Positions 38,301-54,339 of a stretch of 64,000 nt of DNA are shown piece after piece. The stretch lies in the NCBI GenBank assembly GCA_964016885.1, contig OZ024742.1, positions 218,488,001 to 218,552,000 on the forward strand, written 5' to 3'. Made by a program: the position numbers and the translations under genes. The DNA is from Eledone cirrhosa. Its lineage: Eukaryota. Position 1 is the first letter of the stretch; every line of letters begins with the position of its first letter. Under the pieces are notes generated by a model. It searched no databases, was not told where the DNA came from, and was given only the letters and a program-made list of their open reading frames with translations.

Positions 38301-41300
38301 TAAATTTCTATATATGTTGTTGACTCCATTTCTACATGTGATGTTGAGTACATTTCTACATGTGTTGTTGACTACATTTCTAAATGTGCTGTTGACTCCA
38401 GTTCTGCATGTGTGGTTGACTACATTTCTACATGTGTTGTTGACTCCATTTCTACCTGTGTTGTTGACTCCAGTTCTACATGTGTTGTTGACTCCATTTC
38501 TACATGTGTTGTTGACTCCTTTTCTACATGTGTTGTTGACTCCATTTTTACATGTGTTGTTGACTCCATTTCTAAATGTGTTGTTGACTCCATTTCTACA
38601 TGTGTTGTTGACTCCATTTCTACATGTGTTGTCGACTCTATTTCTAGATGTGTTGTTGACTACATTTCTCCATGTGTTGTTGAGTCCATTTCTACATGTG
38701 TTGTTGACTACATTTCTACATGTGTTGTTGACTACATTTCTACATGTGTTGTTGACTCCATTTCTACATGTGTTGTTAATTCCATTTCTACATGTGTTTT
38801 TGACTACATTGACTACATTTCTACATGTGTTGTTGCCTCCATCTCTACATGTGTTGTTGACTCCATTTCTACATGTGTTGTTGACTCCATTTCTACATGT
38901 GTTCTTGACTACATTTCTACATGTGTTGTTGACTCCATTTCTACATGTGTTGTTGACTACATTTCTATATGTGTTGTTGACTACATTTCTACATGTGTTG
39001 TTGACTCCATTTCTACATGTGTTGTTGACTACATTTCTAAATGTGTTTTTGACTACATTTCTACACGTGTTGTTGACTCCATTTCTACATGTGTTGTTGA
39101 CTCCATTTCTACATGTGTTGTTGACTCCTTTTATACATGTGTTGTTGATTACATTTCTACATGTGTTGTTGCCTACATTTCTACATGTGTTGTTAACTAC
39201 ATTTCTACATGTGTTGTTGACTCCATTTCTACATGTGTTGTTGACTACATTTCTACATGTGTTGTTGACTACATTTCTATATCTTTTATTGACTACAATT
39301 CTACATGTTTTGTTGACTACATTTCTACATGTGTTGGTGACTCCATTTCTACATGTGTTGTTGACTCCATTTCTACATGTGTTGTTGACTCCATTTCTAC
39401 ATGTGATGTTGAGTACATTTCTACATGTGTTGTTGACTACATTTCTAAATGTGCTGTTGACTCCAGTTCTGCATGTGTGGTTGACTACATTTCTACATGT
39501 GTTGTTGACTCCATTTCTACCTGTGTTGTTGACTCCAGTTCTACATGTGTTGTTGACTCCATTTCTACATGTGTTGTTGACTCCTTTTCTACATGTGTTG
39601 TTGACTCCATTTTTACATGTGTTGTTGACTCCATTTCTAAATGTGTTGTTGACTCCATTTCTACATGTGTTGTTGACTCCATTTCTACATGTGTTGTCGA
39701 CTCTATTTCTAGATGTGTTGTTGACTACATTTCTCCATGTGTTGTTGAGTCCATTTCTACATGTGTTGTTGACTACATTTCTACATGTGTTGTTGACTAC
39801 ATTTCTACATGTGTTGTTGACTCCATTTCTACATGTGTTGTTAATTCCATTTCTACATGTGTTTTTGACTACATTGACTACATTTCTACATGTGTTGTTG
39901 CCTCCATCTCTACATGTGTTGTTGACTCCATTTCTACATGTGTTGTTGACTCCATTTCTACATGTGTTCTTGACTACATTTCTACATGTGTTGTTGACTC
40001 CATTTCTACATGTGTTGTTGACTACATTTCTATATGTGTTGTTGACTACATTTCTACATGTGTTGTTGACTCCATTTCTACATGTGTTGTTGACTACATT
40101 TCTAAATGTGTTTTTGACTACATTTCTACACGTGTTGTTGACTCCATTTCTACATGTGTTGTTGACTCCATTTCTACATGTGTTGTTGACTCCTTTTATA
40201 CATGTGTTGTTGATTACATTTCTACATGTGTTGTTGCCTACATTTCTACATGTGTTGTTAACTACATTTCTACATGTGTTGTTGACTCCATTTCTACATG
40301 TGTTGTTGACTACATTTCTACATGTGTTGTTGACTACATTTCTATATCTTTTATTGACTACAATTCTACATGTTTTGTTGACTACATTTCTACATGTGTT
40401 GGTGACTCCATTTCTACATGTGTTGTTGACTCCATTTCTACATGTGTTGTTGACTCCATTTCTACATGTGTTGTTGACTCCATTTCTACATGTGTTGTTG
40501 ACTACATTTCTACATGTGTTGTTGACTCCATTTCTACATATGTTGTTGACGACATTTCTACATGTGTTGTTGACTACATTTCTACATGTGTTGTTGACTC
40601 CATTTCTACATGTATTGTTGACTAAATTTCTATATATGTTGTTGACTCCATTTCTACATGTGATGTTGAGTACATTTCTACATGTGTTGTTGACTACATT
40701 TCTAAATGTGTTTTTGACTCCATTTCTACATGTGTTGTTGACTCCATTTCTACATATGTTGTTGACTACATTTCTACATGTGTTGTTGACTCCATTTCTA
40801 CATATGTTGTTCACTACATTTCTACATGTGTTGTTGACTCCATTTCTACATGTGTTGTTGACTACATTTCTACATGTGTTGTTGACTCCATTTCTCAATG
40901 TGTTGTTGACTCCATTTCTACATGTGTTGTTGACTCCATTTCTACATCTACATTTCTACATGTGTTGTTGACTACATTTCTACATGTGTTGTTGACTACA
41001 TTTCTCCATGTGTTGTTGAGTCCATTTCTACATGTGTTGTTGACTACATTTCTACATGTGTTGTTGACTCCATTTCCACATGTGTTGTTGACTACATTTC
41101 TACATGTGTTGTTGACTACATTTCTACATGTGTTGTTGACTACATTTCTACATGTGTTGTTGACTCCATTTCTACATGTGTTGTTGACTACATTTCTACA
41201 TGTGTTGTTGACTCCATTTCTACATGTGTTGTTGACTACATTTCTATATGTGTTGTTGACTACATTTCTACATATGTTGTTGACTCCATTTCTACATGTG

Positions 41301-42700
41301 CTGTTGGCTACATTTCTAAATGTGTTTTTGACTACATTTCTACACGTGTTGTTGACTCCATTTCTACATGTGTTGTTGACTCCATTTCTACATATGTTGT
41401 TGACTACATTTCTACATGTGTTGTTGACTCCATTTCTACATGTGTTGTTGATTACATTTCTAAATGTGTTTTTGACTACATTTCTACATGTGTTGTTGAC
41501 TACATTTCTTCATGTGTTGTTGACTCCATTTCTACATGTGTTGTTGACTACATTTCTACATGTGTTGTTGACCCCATTTCTACATGTTTTGTTGACTACA
41601 TTTCTAAATGTGTTGTTGACTCCATTTCTACATGTGTTGTTGACTCCATTTCTAAATGTGTTGTTGACTTCATTTCTACATGTTGGTGACTCCATTTCTA
41701 CATGTGTTGTTGAATCCATTTCTACATGTGTTGGTGACTCCATTTCTGTATGTATTGTTAACTACATTTCTACATGTGTTGTTGACTCCATTTCTGTATG
41801 TGTTGTTAACTACATTTCTACATGTGTTGTTAACTCCGTTTCTACATGTGTTGGTAACTCCATTGCTACATGTGTTGTTGACTCCATTTCTACATATGTT
41901 GTTGACTACATTTCTACATGTGTTGTTGACTCCATTTCTACATATGTTGTTGACTACATTTCTACATGTGTTGTTGACTCCTTTTCTACATGTGTTGTTG
42001 ACTCCATTTTTACATGTGTTGTTGACTCCATTTCTAAATGTGTTGTTGACTCCATTTCTACATGTGTTGTTGACTCCATTTCTACATGTGTTGTCGACTC
42101 TATTTCTAGATGTGTTGTTGACTACATTTCTCCATGTGTTGTTGAGTCCATTTCTACATGTGTTGTTGACTACATTTCTACATGTGTTGTTGACTACATT
42201 TCTACATGTGTTGTTGACTCCATTTCTACATGTGTTGTTAACTCCATTTCTACATGTGTTTTTGACTACATTGACTACATTTCTACATGTGTTGTTGCCT
42301 CCATCTCTACATGTGTTGTTGACTCCATTTCTACATATGTTGTTGACTCCATTTCTACATGTGTTGTTGACTCCATTTCTACATGTGTTCTTGACTACAT
42401 TTCTACATGTGTTGTTGACTCCATTTCTACATGTGTTGTTGACTACATTTCTATATGTGTTGTTGACTACATTTCTACATGTGTTGTTGACTCCATTTCT
42501 ACATGTGTTGTTGACTACATTTCTAAATGTGTTTTTGACTACATTTCTACACGTGTTGTTGACTCCATTTCTACATGTGTTGTTGACTCCATTTCTACAT
42601 GTGTTGTTGACTCCTTTGCTACATGTGTTTTTGATTACATTTCTACATGTGTTGTTGCCTACATTTCTACATGTGTTGTTAACTACATTTCTACATGTGT
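29335..42700. repeat. Higher-order duplication, offset 7539 bp, with nested 1871-bp and 1065-bp tandem duplications
   Basis: ORF pairs 29335/36874, 30323/37862, 30565/38104 and 30873/38412 (7539); 34206/36077 and 35003/36874 (1871); 38420/39485 (1065); 32358/40962 (8604 = 7539+1065). Boundaries approximate. Confidence 0.85.
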
Positions 42701-45700
42701 TGTTGACTCCATTTCTACATGTGTTGTTGACTACATTTCTACATGTGTTGTTGACTACATTTCTACATCTTTTATTGACTACAATTCTACATGTTTTGTT
42801 GACTACATTTCTACATGTGTTGGTGACTCCATTTCAACATGTGTTGGTGACTCCATTTCTACATGTGTTGTTGACTCCATTTCTACATGTGTTGTTGACT
42901 CCATTTCTACATGTGTTGTTGACTACATTTCTACATGTGATGTTGACTCCATTTCTATATGTGTTGTTGACTCTATTTCTACATGTGATGTTGACTCCAT
43001 TTCTACATGTGTTGTTGACTCCATTTCTGTATGTTTTGTTAACTACATTTCTACATGTATTGATAACTCCGTTTCTACATGTGTTGGTAACTCCATTTCT
43101 ACATGTGATGTTGACTCCATTTCTATATGTGTTGTTGACTCCATTTCTACATGTGTTGTTGACTACATTTCTAAATGTGTTTTTGACTCCATTTCTACAT
43201 GTGTTGTTGACTCCATTTCTACATATGTTGTTGACTACATTTCTACATGTGTTGTTGACTCCATTTCTACATTTGTTGTTGACTACATTTCTACATGTGT
43301 TGTTGACTCCATTTCTACATGTGTTGTTGACTACATTTCTACATGTGTTGTTGACTCCATTTCTCAATGTGTTGTTGACTCCATTTCTACATGTGTTGTT
43401 GACTCCATTTCTACATCTACATTTCTACATGTGTTGTTGACTACATTTCTACATGTGTTGTTGACTACATTTCTCCATGTGTTGTTGAGTCCATTTCTAC
43501 ATGTGTTGTTGACTACATTTCTACATGTGTTGTTGACTCCATTTCCACATGTGTTGTTGACTACATTTCTACATGTGTTGTTGACTACATTTCTACATGT
43601 GTTGTTGACTACATTTCTACATGTGTTGTTGACTCCATTTCTACATGTGTTGTTGACTACATTTCTACATGTGTTGTTGACTCCATTTCTACATGTGTTG
43701 TTGACTACATTTCTATATGTGTTGTTGACTACATTTCTACATATGTTGTTGACTCCATTTCTACATGTGCTGTTGGCTACATTTCTAAATGTGTTTTTGA
43801 CTACATTTCTACACGTGTTGTTGACTCCATTTCTACATGTGTTGTTGACTCCATTTCTACATATGTTGTTGACTACATTTCTACATGTGTTGTTGACTCC
43901 ATTTCTACATGTGTTGTTGATTACATTTCTAAATGTGTTTTTGACTACATTTCTACATGTGTTGTTGACTACATTTCTTCATGTGTTGTTGACTCCATTT
44001 CTACATGTGTTGTTGACTACATTTCTACATGTGTTGTTGACCCCATTTCTACATGTTTTGTTGATTACATTTCTAAATGTGTTGTTGACTCCATTTCTAC
44101 ATGTGTTGTTGACTCCATTTCTAAATGTGTTGTTGACTTCATTTCTACATGTTGGTGACTCCATTTCTACATGTGTTGTTGAATCCATTTCTACATGTGT
44201 TGGTGACTCCATTTCTGTATGTATTGTTAACTACATTTCTACATGTGTTGTTGACTCCATTTCTAAATGTGTTGTTGACTCCATTTCTACATGTGTTGTT
44301 GACTACATTTCTACATGTGTTGTTGACCCCATTTCTACATGTTTTGTTGATTACATTTCTAAATGTGTTGTTGACTCCATTTCTACATGTGTTGGTAACT
44401 CCATTTCTACATGTGTTGTTGACTCCATTTCTACATATGTTGTTGACTACATTTCTACATGTGTTGTTGACTCCATTTCTACATATGTTGTTGACTACAT
44501 TTCTACATGTGTTGTTGACTCCATTTGTACATGTGTTGTTGACTACATTTCTAAATGTGTTGTTGACTCCATTTCTACATGTGTTGTTGACTCCATTTCT
44601 CAATGTGGTCTTGACTCCATTTCTATATGTGTTGTTGACTCCATTTCTACATGTGTTGTTGACTATATTTCTACATGTGTTGGTGACTCCATTTCTACAT
44701 GTGTTGTTGACTCCATTTCTACATGTGTTGTTGACTGCATTTCTGTATGTGTTGTTAACTACATTTCTACATGTGTTGTTAACTCCGTTTCCACATGTGT
44801 TGTTAACTCCATTTCTACATGTGATGTTGACTCCATTTCTACATGTGTTGTTGTCTCCATTTCTACATGTGTTGATGACTACATTTTTACATGTGTTGTT
44901 GACTCCATTTCTACATGTGTTGTTGACTCCATTTCTACATGTGTTGTTGACTACATTTCTACATGTGTTGTTGACTACGTTTCTACATGTGTTGTTGACT
45001 ACATTTCTACATGTGTTGTTGACTCAATTTCTACATGTGTATTTGACTACATTTCTACATGTGTTGTTGATTCCATTTCTACATGTGTTGTTGACTACAT
45101 TTCTACATGTGTTGTTAACTCCATTTCTACATATGTTGTTGACTAAATTTCTACATGTTTTTGTTGACTCCATTTCTACATGTATTGTTGACTACATTTC
45201 TATATATGTTGTTGACTACATTTCTACATGTGTTGTTGACTCCATTTCTACATATGTTGTTGACTACATTTCTACATGTGTTGTTGACTACATTTCTACA
45301 TGTGTTGTTGACTACATTTCTACATGTGTTGTTGACTCCATTTCTACAGGTATTGTTGACTACATTTCAATATATGTTATTGACTCCATTTCTACATGTG
45401 ATGTTGACTACATTTCTACATGTGTTGTTGACTACATTTCTAAATGTGTTGTTGACTCCAGTTCTACATGTGTTGTTGACTACATTTCTACATGTGTTGT
45501 TGACTCCATTTCTACCAGTGTTGTTGACTCCAGTTCTACATGTGTTGTTGACTCCATTTCTACATGTATTGTCGACTCCATTTCTACATGTGTTGTTGAC
45601 TACATTTCTCCATGTGTTGTTGAGTCCATTTCTACATGTGTTGTTGACTCCATTTCTTCATGTGTTGTCGACTCCATTTCTACAAATGTTGTTGACTACA

Positions 45701-48700
45701 TTTCTACATGTGTTGTTGACTCCATTTCTACATGTGTTGTTGACTACATTTCTAAATGTGTTGTTGACTCCATTTCTACATGTGTTGTTGACTCCTCTTC
45801 TACATGTATTGTTGATTACATTTCTACATGTGTTGTTGCCTACATTTCTACATGTGTTGTTAACTACATTTCTACATGTGTTGTTGACTCCATTTCTACA
45901 TGTGTTGTTGACTACATTTCTACATGTGTTGTTGACTACATTTCTACATCTGTTATTGACTACAATTCTACATGTGTTGTTGACTACATTTCTGCATGTG
46001 TTGGTGACTCCATTTCTCCATGTGTTGGTGACTCCATTTCTACATGTGTTGTTGACTCCATTTCTACATGTGTTGTTGACTCCATTTCTACATGTGTTGT
46101 TGACTACATTTCTACATGTGATGTTGACTCCATTTCTATATGTGTTGTTGACTCCATTTCTACATGTGATGTTGACTCCATTTCTACATGTATTGTTGAC
46201 TAAATTTCTATATATGTTGTTGACTCCATTTCTACATGTGATGTTGAGTACATTTCTACATGTGTTGTTGACTACATTTCTAAATGTGCTGTTGACTCCA
46301 GTTCTGCATGTGTGGTTGACTACATTTCTACATGTGTTGTTGACTCCATTTCTACCTGTGTTGTTGACTCCAGTTCTACATGTGTTGTTGACTCCATTTC
46401 TACATGTGTTGTTGACTCCTTTTCTACATGTGTTGTTGACTCCATTTTTACATGTGTTGTTGACTCCATTTCTAAATGTGTTGTTGACTCCATTTCTACA
46501 TGTGTTGTTGACTCCATTTCTACATGTGTTGTCGACTCTATTTCTAGATGTGTTGTTGACTACATTTCTCCATGTGTTGTTGAGTCCATTTCTACATGTG
46601 TTGTTGACTACATTTCTACATGTGTTGTTGACTACATTTCTACATGTGTTGTTGACTCCATTTCTACATGTGTTGTTAATTCCATTTCTACATGTGTTTT
46701 TGACTACATTGACTACATTTCTACATGTGTTGTTGCCTCCATCTCTACATGTGTTGTTGACTCCATTTCTACATGTGTTGTTGACTCCATTTCTACATGT
46801 GTTCTTGACTACATTTCTACATGTGTTGTTGACTCCATTTCTACATGTGTTGTTGACTACATTTCTATATGTGTTGTTGACTACATTTCTACATGTGTTG
46901 TTGACTCCATTTCTACATGTGTTGTTGACTACATTTCTAAATGTGTTTTTGACTACATTTCTACACGTGTTGTTGACTCCATTTCTACATGTGTTGTTGA
47001 CTCCATTTCTACATGTGTTGTTGACTCCTTTTATACATGTGTTGTTGATTACATTTCTACATGTGTTGTTGCCTACATTTCTACATGTGTTGTTAACTAC
47101 ATTTCTACATGTGTTGTTGACTCCATTTCTACATGTGTTGTTGACTACATTTCTACATGTGTTGTTGACTACATTTCTATATCTTTTATTGACTACAATT
47201 CTACATGTTTTGTTGACTACATTTCTACATGTGTTGGTGACTCCATTTCTACATGTGTTGTTGACTCCATTTCTACATGTGTTGTTGACTCCATTTCTAC
47301 ATGTGTTGTTGACTCCATTTCTACATGTGTTGTTGACTACATTTCTACATGTGTTGTTGACTCCATTTCTACATATGTTGTTGACGACATTTCTACATGT
47401 GTTGTTGACTACATTTCTACATGTGTTGTTGACTCCATTTCTACATGTATTGTTGACTAAATTTCTATATATGTTGTTGACTCCATTTCTACATGTGATG
47501 TTGAGTACATTTCTACATGTGTTGTTGACTACATTTCTAAATGTGTTTTTGACTCCATTTCTACATGTGTTGTTGACTCCATTTCTACATATGTTGTTGA
47601 CTACATTTCTACATGTGTTGTTGACTCCATTTCTACATATGTTGTTGACTACATTTCTACATGTGTTGTTGACTCCATTTCTACATGTGTTGTTGACTAC
47701 ATTTCTACATGTGTTGTTGACTCCATTTCTCAATGTGTTGTTGACTCCATTTCTACATGTGTTGTTGACTCCATTTCTACATCTACATTTCTACATGTGT
47801 TGTTGACTACATTTCTACATGTGTTGTTGACTACATTTCTCCATGTGTTGTTGAGTCCATTTCTACATGTGTTGTTGACTACATTTCTACATGTGTTGTT
47901 GACTCCATTTCCACATGTGTTGTTGACTACATTTCTACATGTGTTGTTGACTACATTTCTACATGTGTTGTTGACTACATTTCTACATGTGTTGTTGACT
48001 CCATTTCTACATGTGTTGTTGACTACATTTCTACATGTGTTGTTGACTCCATTTCTACATGTGTTGTTGACTACATTTCTATATGTGTTGTTGACTACAT
48101 TTCTACATATGTTGTTGACTCCATTTCTACATGTGCTGTTGGCTACATTTCTAAATGTGTTTTTGACTACATTTCTACACGTGTTGTTGACTCCATTTCT
48201 ACATGTGTTGTTGACTCCATTTCTACATATGTTGTTGACTACATTTCTACATGTGTTGTTGACTCCATTTCTACATGTGTTGTTGATTACATTTCTAAAT
48301 GTGTTTTTGACTACATTTCTACATGTGTTGTTGACTACATTTCTTCATGTGTTGTTGACTCCATTTCTACATGTGTTGTTGACTACATTTCTACATGTGT
48401 TGTTGACCCCATTTCTACATGTTTTGTTGACTACATTTCTAAATGTGTTGTTGACTCCATTTCTACATGTGTTGTTGACTCCATTTCTAAATGTGTTGTT
48501 GACTTCATTTCTACATGTTGGTGACTCCATTTCTACATGTGTTGTTGAATCCATTTCTACATGTGTTGGTGACTCCATTTCTGTATGTATTGTTAACTAC
48601 ATTTCTACATGTGTTGTTGACTCCATTTCTGTATGTGTTGTTAACTACATTTCTACATGTGTTGTTAACTCCGTTTCTACATGTGTTGGTAACTCCATTT

Positions 48701-51700
48701 CTACATGTGTTGTTGACTCCATTTCTACATATGTTGTTGACTACATTTCTACATGTGTTGTTGACTCCATTTCTACATATGTTGTTGACTACATTTCTAC
48801 ATGTGTTGTTGACTCCTTTTCTACATGTGTTGTTGACTCCATTTTTACATGTGTTGTTGACTCCATTTCTAAATGTGTTGTTGACTCCATTTCTACATGT
48901 GTTGTTGACTCCATTTCTACATGTGTTGTCGACTCTATTTCTAGATGTGTTGTTGACTACATTTCTCCATGTGTTGTTGAGTCCATTTCTACATGTGTTG
49001 TTGACTACATTTCTACATGTGTTGTTGACTACATTTCTACATGTGTTGTTGACTCCATTTCTACATGTGTTGTTAACTCCATTTCTACATGTGTTTTTGA
49101 CTACATTGACTACATTTCTACATGTGTTGTTGCCTCCATCTCTACATGTGTTGTTGACTCCATTTCTACATATGTTGTTGACTCCATTTCTACATGTGTT
49201 GTTGACTCCATTTCTACATGTGTTCTTGACTACATTTCTACATGTGTTGTTGACTCCATTTCTACATGTGTTGTTGACTACATTTCTATATGTGTTGTTG
49301 ACTACATTTCTACATGTGTTGTTGACTCCATTTCTACATGTGTTGTTGACTACATTTCTAAATGTGTTTTTGACTACATTTCTACACGTGTTGTTGACTC
49401 CATTTCTACATGTGTTGTTGACTCCATTTCTACATGTGTTGTTGACTCCTTTGCTACATGTGTTTTTGATTACATTTCTACATGTGTTGTTGCCTACATT
49501 TCTACATGTGTTGTTAACTACATTTCTACATGTGTTGTTGACTCCATTTCTACATGTGTTGTTGACTACATTTCTACATGTGTTGTTGACTACATTTCTA
49601 CATCTTTTATTGACTACAATTCTACATGTTTTGTTGACTACATTTCTACATGTGTTGGTGACTCCATTTCAACATGTGTTGGTGACTCCATTTCTACATG
49701 TGTTGTTGACTCCATTTCTACATGTGTTGTTGACTCCATTTCTACATGTGTTGTTGACTACATTTCTACATGTGATGTTGACTCCATTTCTATATGTGTT
49801 GTTGACTCTATTTCTACATGTGATGTTGACTCCATTTCTACATGTGTTGTTGACTCCATTTCTGTATGTTTTGTTAACTACATTTCTACATGTATTGATA
49901 ACTCCGTTTCTACATGTGTTGGTAACTCCATTTCTACATGTGATGTTGACTCCATTTCTATATGTGTTGTTGACTCCATTTCTACATGTGTTGTTGACTA
50001 CATTTCTAAATGTGTTTTTGACTCCATTTCTACATGTGTTGTTGACTCCATTTCTACATATGTTGTTGACTACATTTCTACATGTGTTGTTGACTCCATT
50101 TCTACATTTGTTGTTGACTACATTTCTACATGTGTTGTTGACTCCATTTCTACATGTGTTGTTGACTACATTTCTACATGTGTTGTTGACTCCATTTCTC
50201 AATGTGTTGTTGACTCCATTTCTACATGTGTTGTTGACTCCATTTCTACATCTACATTTCTACATGTGTTGTTGACTACATTTCTACATGTGTTGTTGAC
50301 TACATTTCTCCATGTGTTGTTGAGTCCATTTCTACATGTGTTGTTGACTACATTTCTACATGTGTTGTTGACTCCATTTCCACATGTGTTGTTGACTACA
50401 TTTCTACATGTGTTGTTGACTACATTTCTACATGTGTTGTTGACTACATTTCTACATGTGTTGTTGACTCCATTTCTACATGTGTTGTTGACTACATTTC
50501 TACATGTGTTGTTGACTCCATTTCTACATGTGTTGTTGACTACATTTCTATATGTGTTGTTGACTACATTTCTACATATGTTGTTGACTCCATTTCTACA
50601 TGTGCTGTTGGCTACATTTCTAAATGTGTTTTTGACTACATTTCTACACGTGTTTTTGACTCCATTTCTACATGTGTTGTTGACTCCATTTCTACATATG
50701 TTGTTGACTACATTTCTACATGTGTTGTTGACTCCATTTCTACATGTGTTGTTGATTACATTTCTAAATGTGTTTTTGACTACATTTCTACATGTGTTGT
50801 TGACTACATTTCTTCATGTGTTGTTGACTCCATTTCTACATGTGTTGTTGACTACATTTCTACATGTGTTGTTGACCCCATTTCTACATGTTTTGTTGAT
50901 TACATTTCTAAATGTGTTGTTGACTCCATTTCTACATGTGTTGTTGACTCCATTTCTAAATGTGTTGTTGACTTCATTTCTACATGTTGGTGACTCCATT
51001 TCTACATGTGTTGTTGAATCCATTTCTACATGTGTTGGTGACTCCATTTCTGTATGTATTGTTAACTACATTTCTACATGTGTTGTTGACTCCATTTCTA
51101 AATGTGTTGTTGACTCCATTTCTACATGTGTTGTTGACTACATTTCTACATGTGTTGTTGACCCCATTTCTACATGTTTTGTTGATTACATTTCTAAATG
51201 TGTTGTTGACTCCATTTCTACATGTGTTGGTAACTCCATTTCTACATGTGTTGTTGACTCCATTTCTACATATGTTGTTGACTACATTTCTACATGTGTT
51301 GTTGACTCCATTTCTACATATGTTGTTGACTACATTTCTACATGTGTTGTTGACTCCATTTGTACATGTGTTGTTGACTACATTTCTAAATGTGTTGTTG
51401 ACTCCATTTCTACATGTGTTGTTGACTCCATTTCTCAATGTGGTCTTGACTCCATTTCTATATGTGTTGTTGACTCCATTTCTACATGTGTTGTTGACTA
51501 TATTTCTACATGTGTTGGTGACTCCATTTCTACATGTGTTGTTGACTCCATTTCTACATGTGTTGTTGACTGCATTTCTGTATGTGTTGTTAACTACATT
51601 TCTACATGTGTTGTTAACTCCGTTTCCACATGTGTTGTTAACTCCATTTCTACATGTGATGTTGACTCCATTTCTACATGTGTTGTTGTCTCCATTTCTA

Positions 51701-53025
51701 CATGTGTTGATGACTACATTTTTACATGTGTTGTTGACTCCATTTCTACATGTGTTGTTGACTCCATTTCTACATGTGTTGTTGACTACATTTCTACATG
51801 TGTTGTTGACTACGTTTCTACATGTGTTGTTGACTACATTTCTACATGTGTTGTTGACTCAATTTCTACATGTGTATTTGACTACATTTCTACATGTGTT
51901 GTTGATTCCATTTCTACATGTGTTGTTGACTACATTTCTACATGTGTTGTTAACTCCATTTCTACATATGTTGTTGACTAAATTTCTACATGTTTTTGTT
52001 GACTCCATTTCTACATGTATTGTTGACTACATTTCTATATATGTTGTTGACTACATTTCTACATGTGTTGTTGACTCCATTTCTACATATGTTGTTGACT
52101 ACATTTCTACATGTGTTGTTGACTACATTTCTACATGTGTTGTTGACTACATTTCTACATGTGTTGTTGACTCCATTTCTACAGGTATTGTTGACTACAT
52201 TTCAATATATGTTATTGACTCCATTTCTACATGTGATGTTGACTACATTTCTACATGTGTTGTTGACTACATTTCTAAATGTGTTGTTGACTCCAGTTCT
52301 ACATGTGTTGTTGACTACATTTCTACATGTGTTGTTGACTCCATTTCTACCAGTGTTGTTGACTCCAGTTCTACATGTGTTGTTGACTCCATTTCTACAT
52401 GTATTGTCGACTCCATTTCTACATGTGTTGTTGACTACATTTCTCCATGTGTTGTTGAGTCCATTTCTACATGTGTTGTTGACTCCATTTCTTCATGTGT
52501 TGTCGACTCCATTTCTACAAATGTTGTTGACTACATTTCTACATGTGTTGTTGACTCCATTTCTACATGTGTTGTTGACTACATTTCTAAATGTGTTGTT
52601 GACTCCATTTCTACATGTGTTGTTGACTCCTCTTCTACATGTATTGTTGATTACATTTCTACATGTGTTGTTGCCTACATTTCTACATGTGTTGTTAACT
52701 ACATTTCTACATGTGTTGTTGACTCCATTTCTACATGTGTTGTTGACTACATTTCTACATGTGTTGTTGACTACATTTCTACATCTGTTATTGACTACAA
52801 TTCTACATGTGTTGTTGACTACATTTCTGCATGTGTTGGTGACTCCATTTCTCCATGTGTTGGTGACTCCATTTCTACATGTGTTGTTGACTCCATTTCT
52901 ACATGTGTTGTTGACTCCATTTCTACATGTGTTGTTGACTACATTTCTACATGTGATGTTGACTCCATTTCTATATGTGTTGTTGACTCCATTTCTACAT
53001 GTGATGTTGACTCCATTTCTACATG
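39382..53025. repeat. Near-perfect tandem higher-order duplication, period 6835 bp
   Basis: ORF pairs 39485/46320, 40962/47797 (both 1394 aa), 41680/48515, 42834/49669, 44149/50984 and 45155/51990 are all offset by 6835. Confidence 0.95.
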
Positions 53026-54339
53026 TGTTGTTGACTCCATTTCTGTATGTTTTGTTAACTACATTTCTACATGTGTTGTTAACTCCGTTTCTACATGTGT
53101 TGGTAACTCCATTTCTACATGTGATGTTGACTCCATTTCTATATGTGTTGTTGACTACATTTCTACATTTGTTGTTGACTCCATTTCTACATGTGTTGTT
53201 GACTCCATTTCTAAATGTGTTGTTGACTCCATTTCTACATGTGTTGTTGACTCCATTTCTACATGTGTTGTTGACTCCATTTCTACATGTGTTGTTGACT
53301 CCATTTCTACATGTGTTGTTGACTACATTTCTACATGTGTTGTTGACTCCATTTCTACATATGTTGTTGACTACATTTCTACATGTGTTGTTAACTCCAT
53401 TTCTACATGTGTATTTGACTACATTTCTACATGTGTTGTTGACTCCATTTCTACATGTGTTGTTGATTACATTTCTAAATGTGTTTTTGACTACATTTCT
53501 ACATGTGTTGTTGACTACATTTCTTCATGTGTTGTTGACTCCATTTCTACATGTGTTGTTGACTACATTTCTACATGTGTTGTTGACCTCATTTCTACAT
53601 GTTTTGTTGACTACATTTCTAAATGTGTTGTTGACTCCATTTCTACATGTGTTGTTGACTCCATTTCTAAATGTGTTGTTGACTTCATTTCTACATGTTG
53701 GTGACTCCATTTCTACATGTGTTGTTGAATCCATTTCTACATGTGTTGGTGACTCCATTTCTGTATGTATTGTTAACTACATTTCTACATGTGTTGTTAA
53801 CTCCATTTCTGTATGTGTTGTTGACTCCATTTCTACATGTGATGTTGACTCCATTTTTACATGTGTTGTTGACTCCATTTCTGTATGTGTTGTTAACTAC
53901 ATTTCTACATGTGTTGTTAACTCCGTTTCTACATGTGTTGGTAACTCCATTTCTACATGTGTTGTTGACTCCATTTCTACATATGTTGTTGACTACATTT
54001 CTACATGTGTTGTTGACTCCATTTCTACATATGTTGTTGACTACATTTCTACATGTGTTGTTGACTCCATTTGTACATGTGTTGTTGACTACATTTCTAC
54101 ATGTGTTGTTGCCTCCATCTCTACATGTGTTGTTGACTCCATTTCTACATATGTTGTTGACTCCATTTCTACATGTGTGGTTGACTCCATTTCTACATGT
54201 GTTCTTGACTACATTTCTACATGTGTTGTTGACTCCATTTCTACATGTGTTGTTGACTACATTTCTATATGTGTTGTTGACTACATTTCTACATGTGTTG
54301 TTGACTCCATTTCTACATGTGTTGTTGACTACATTTCTA

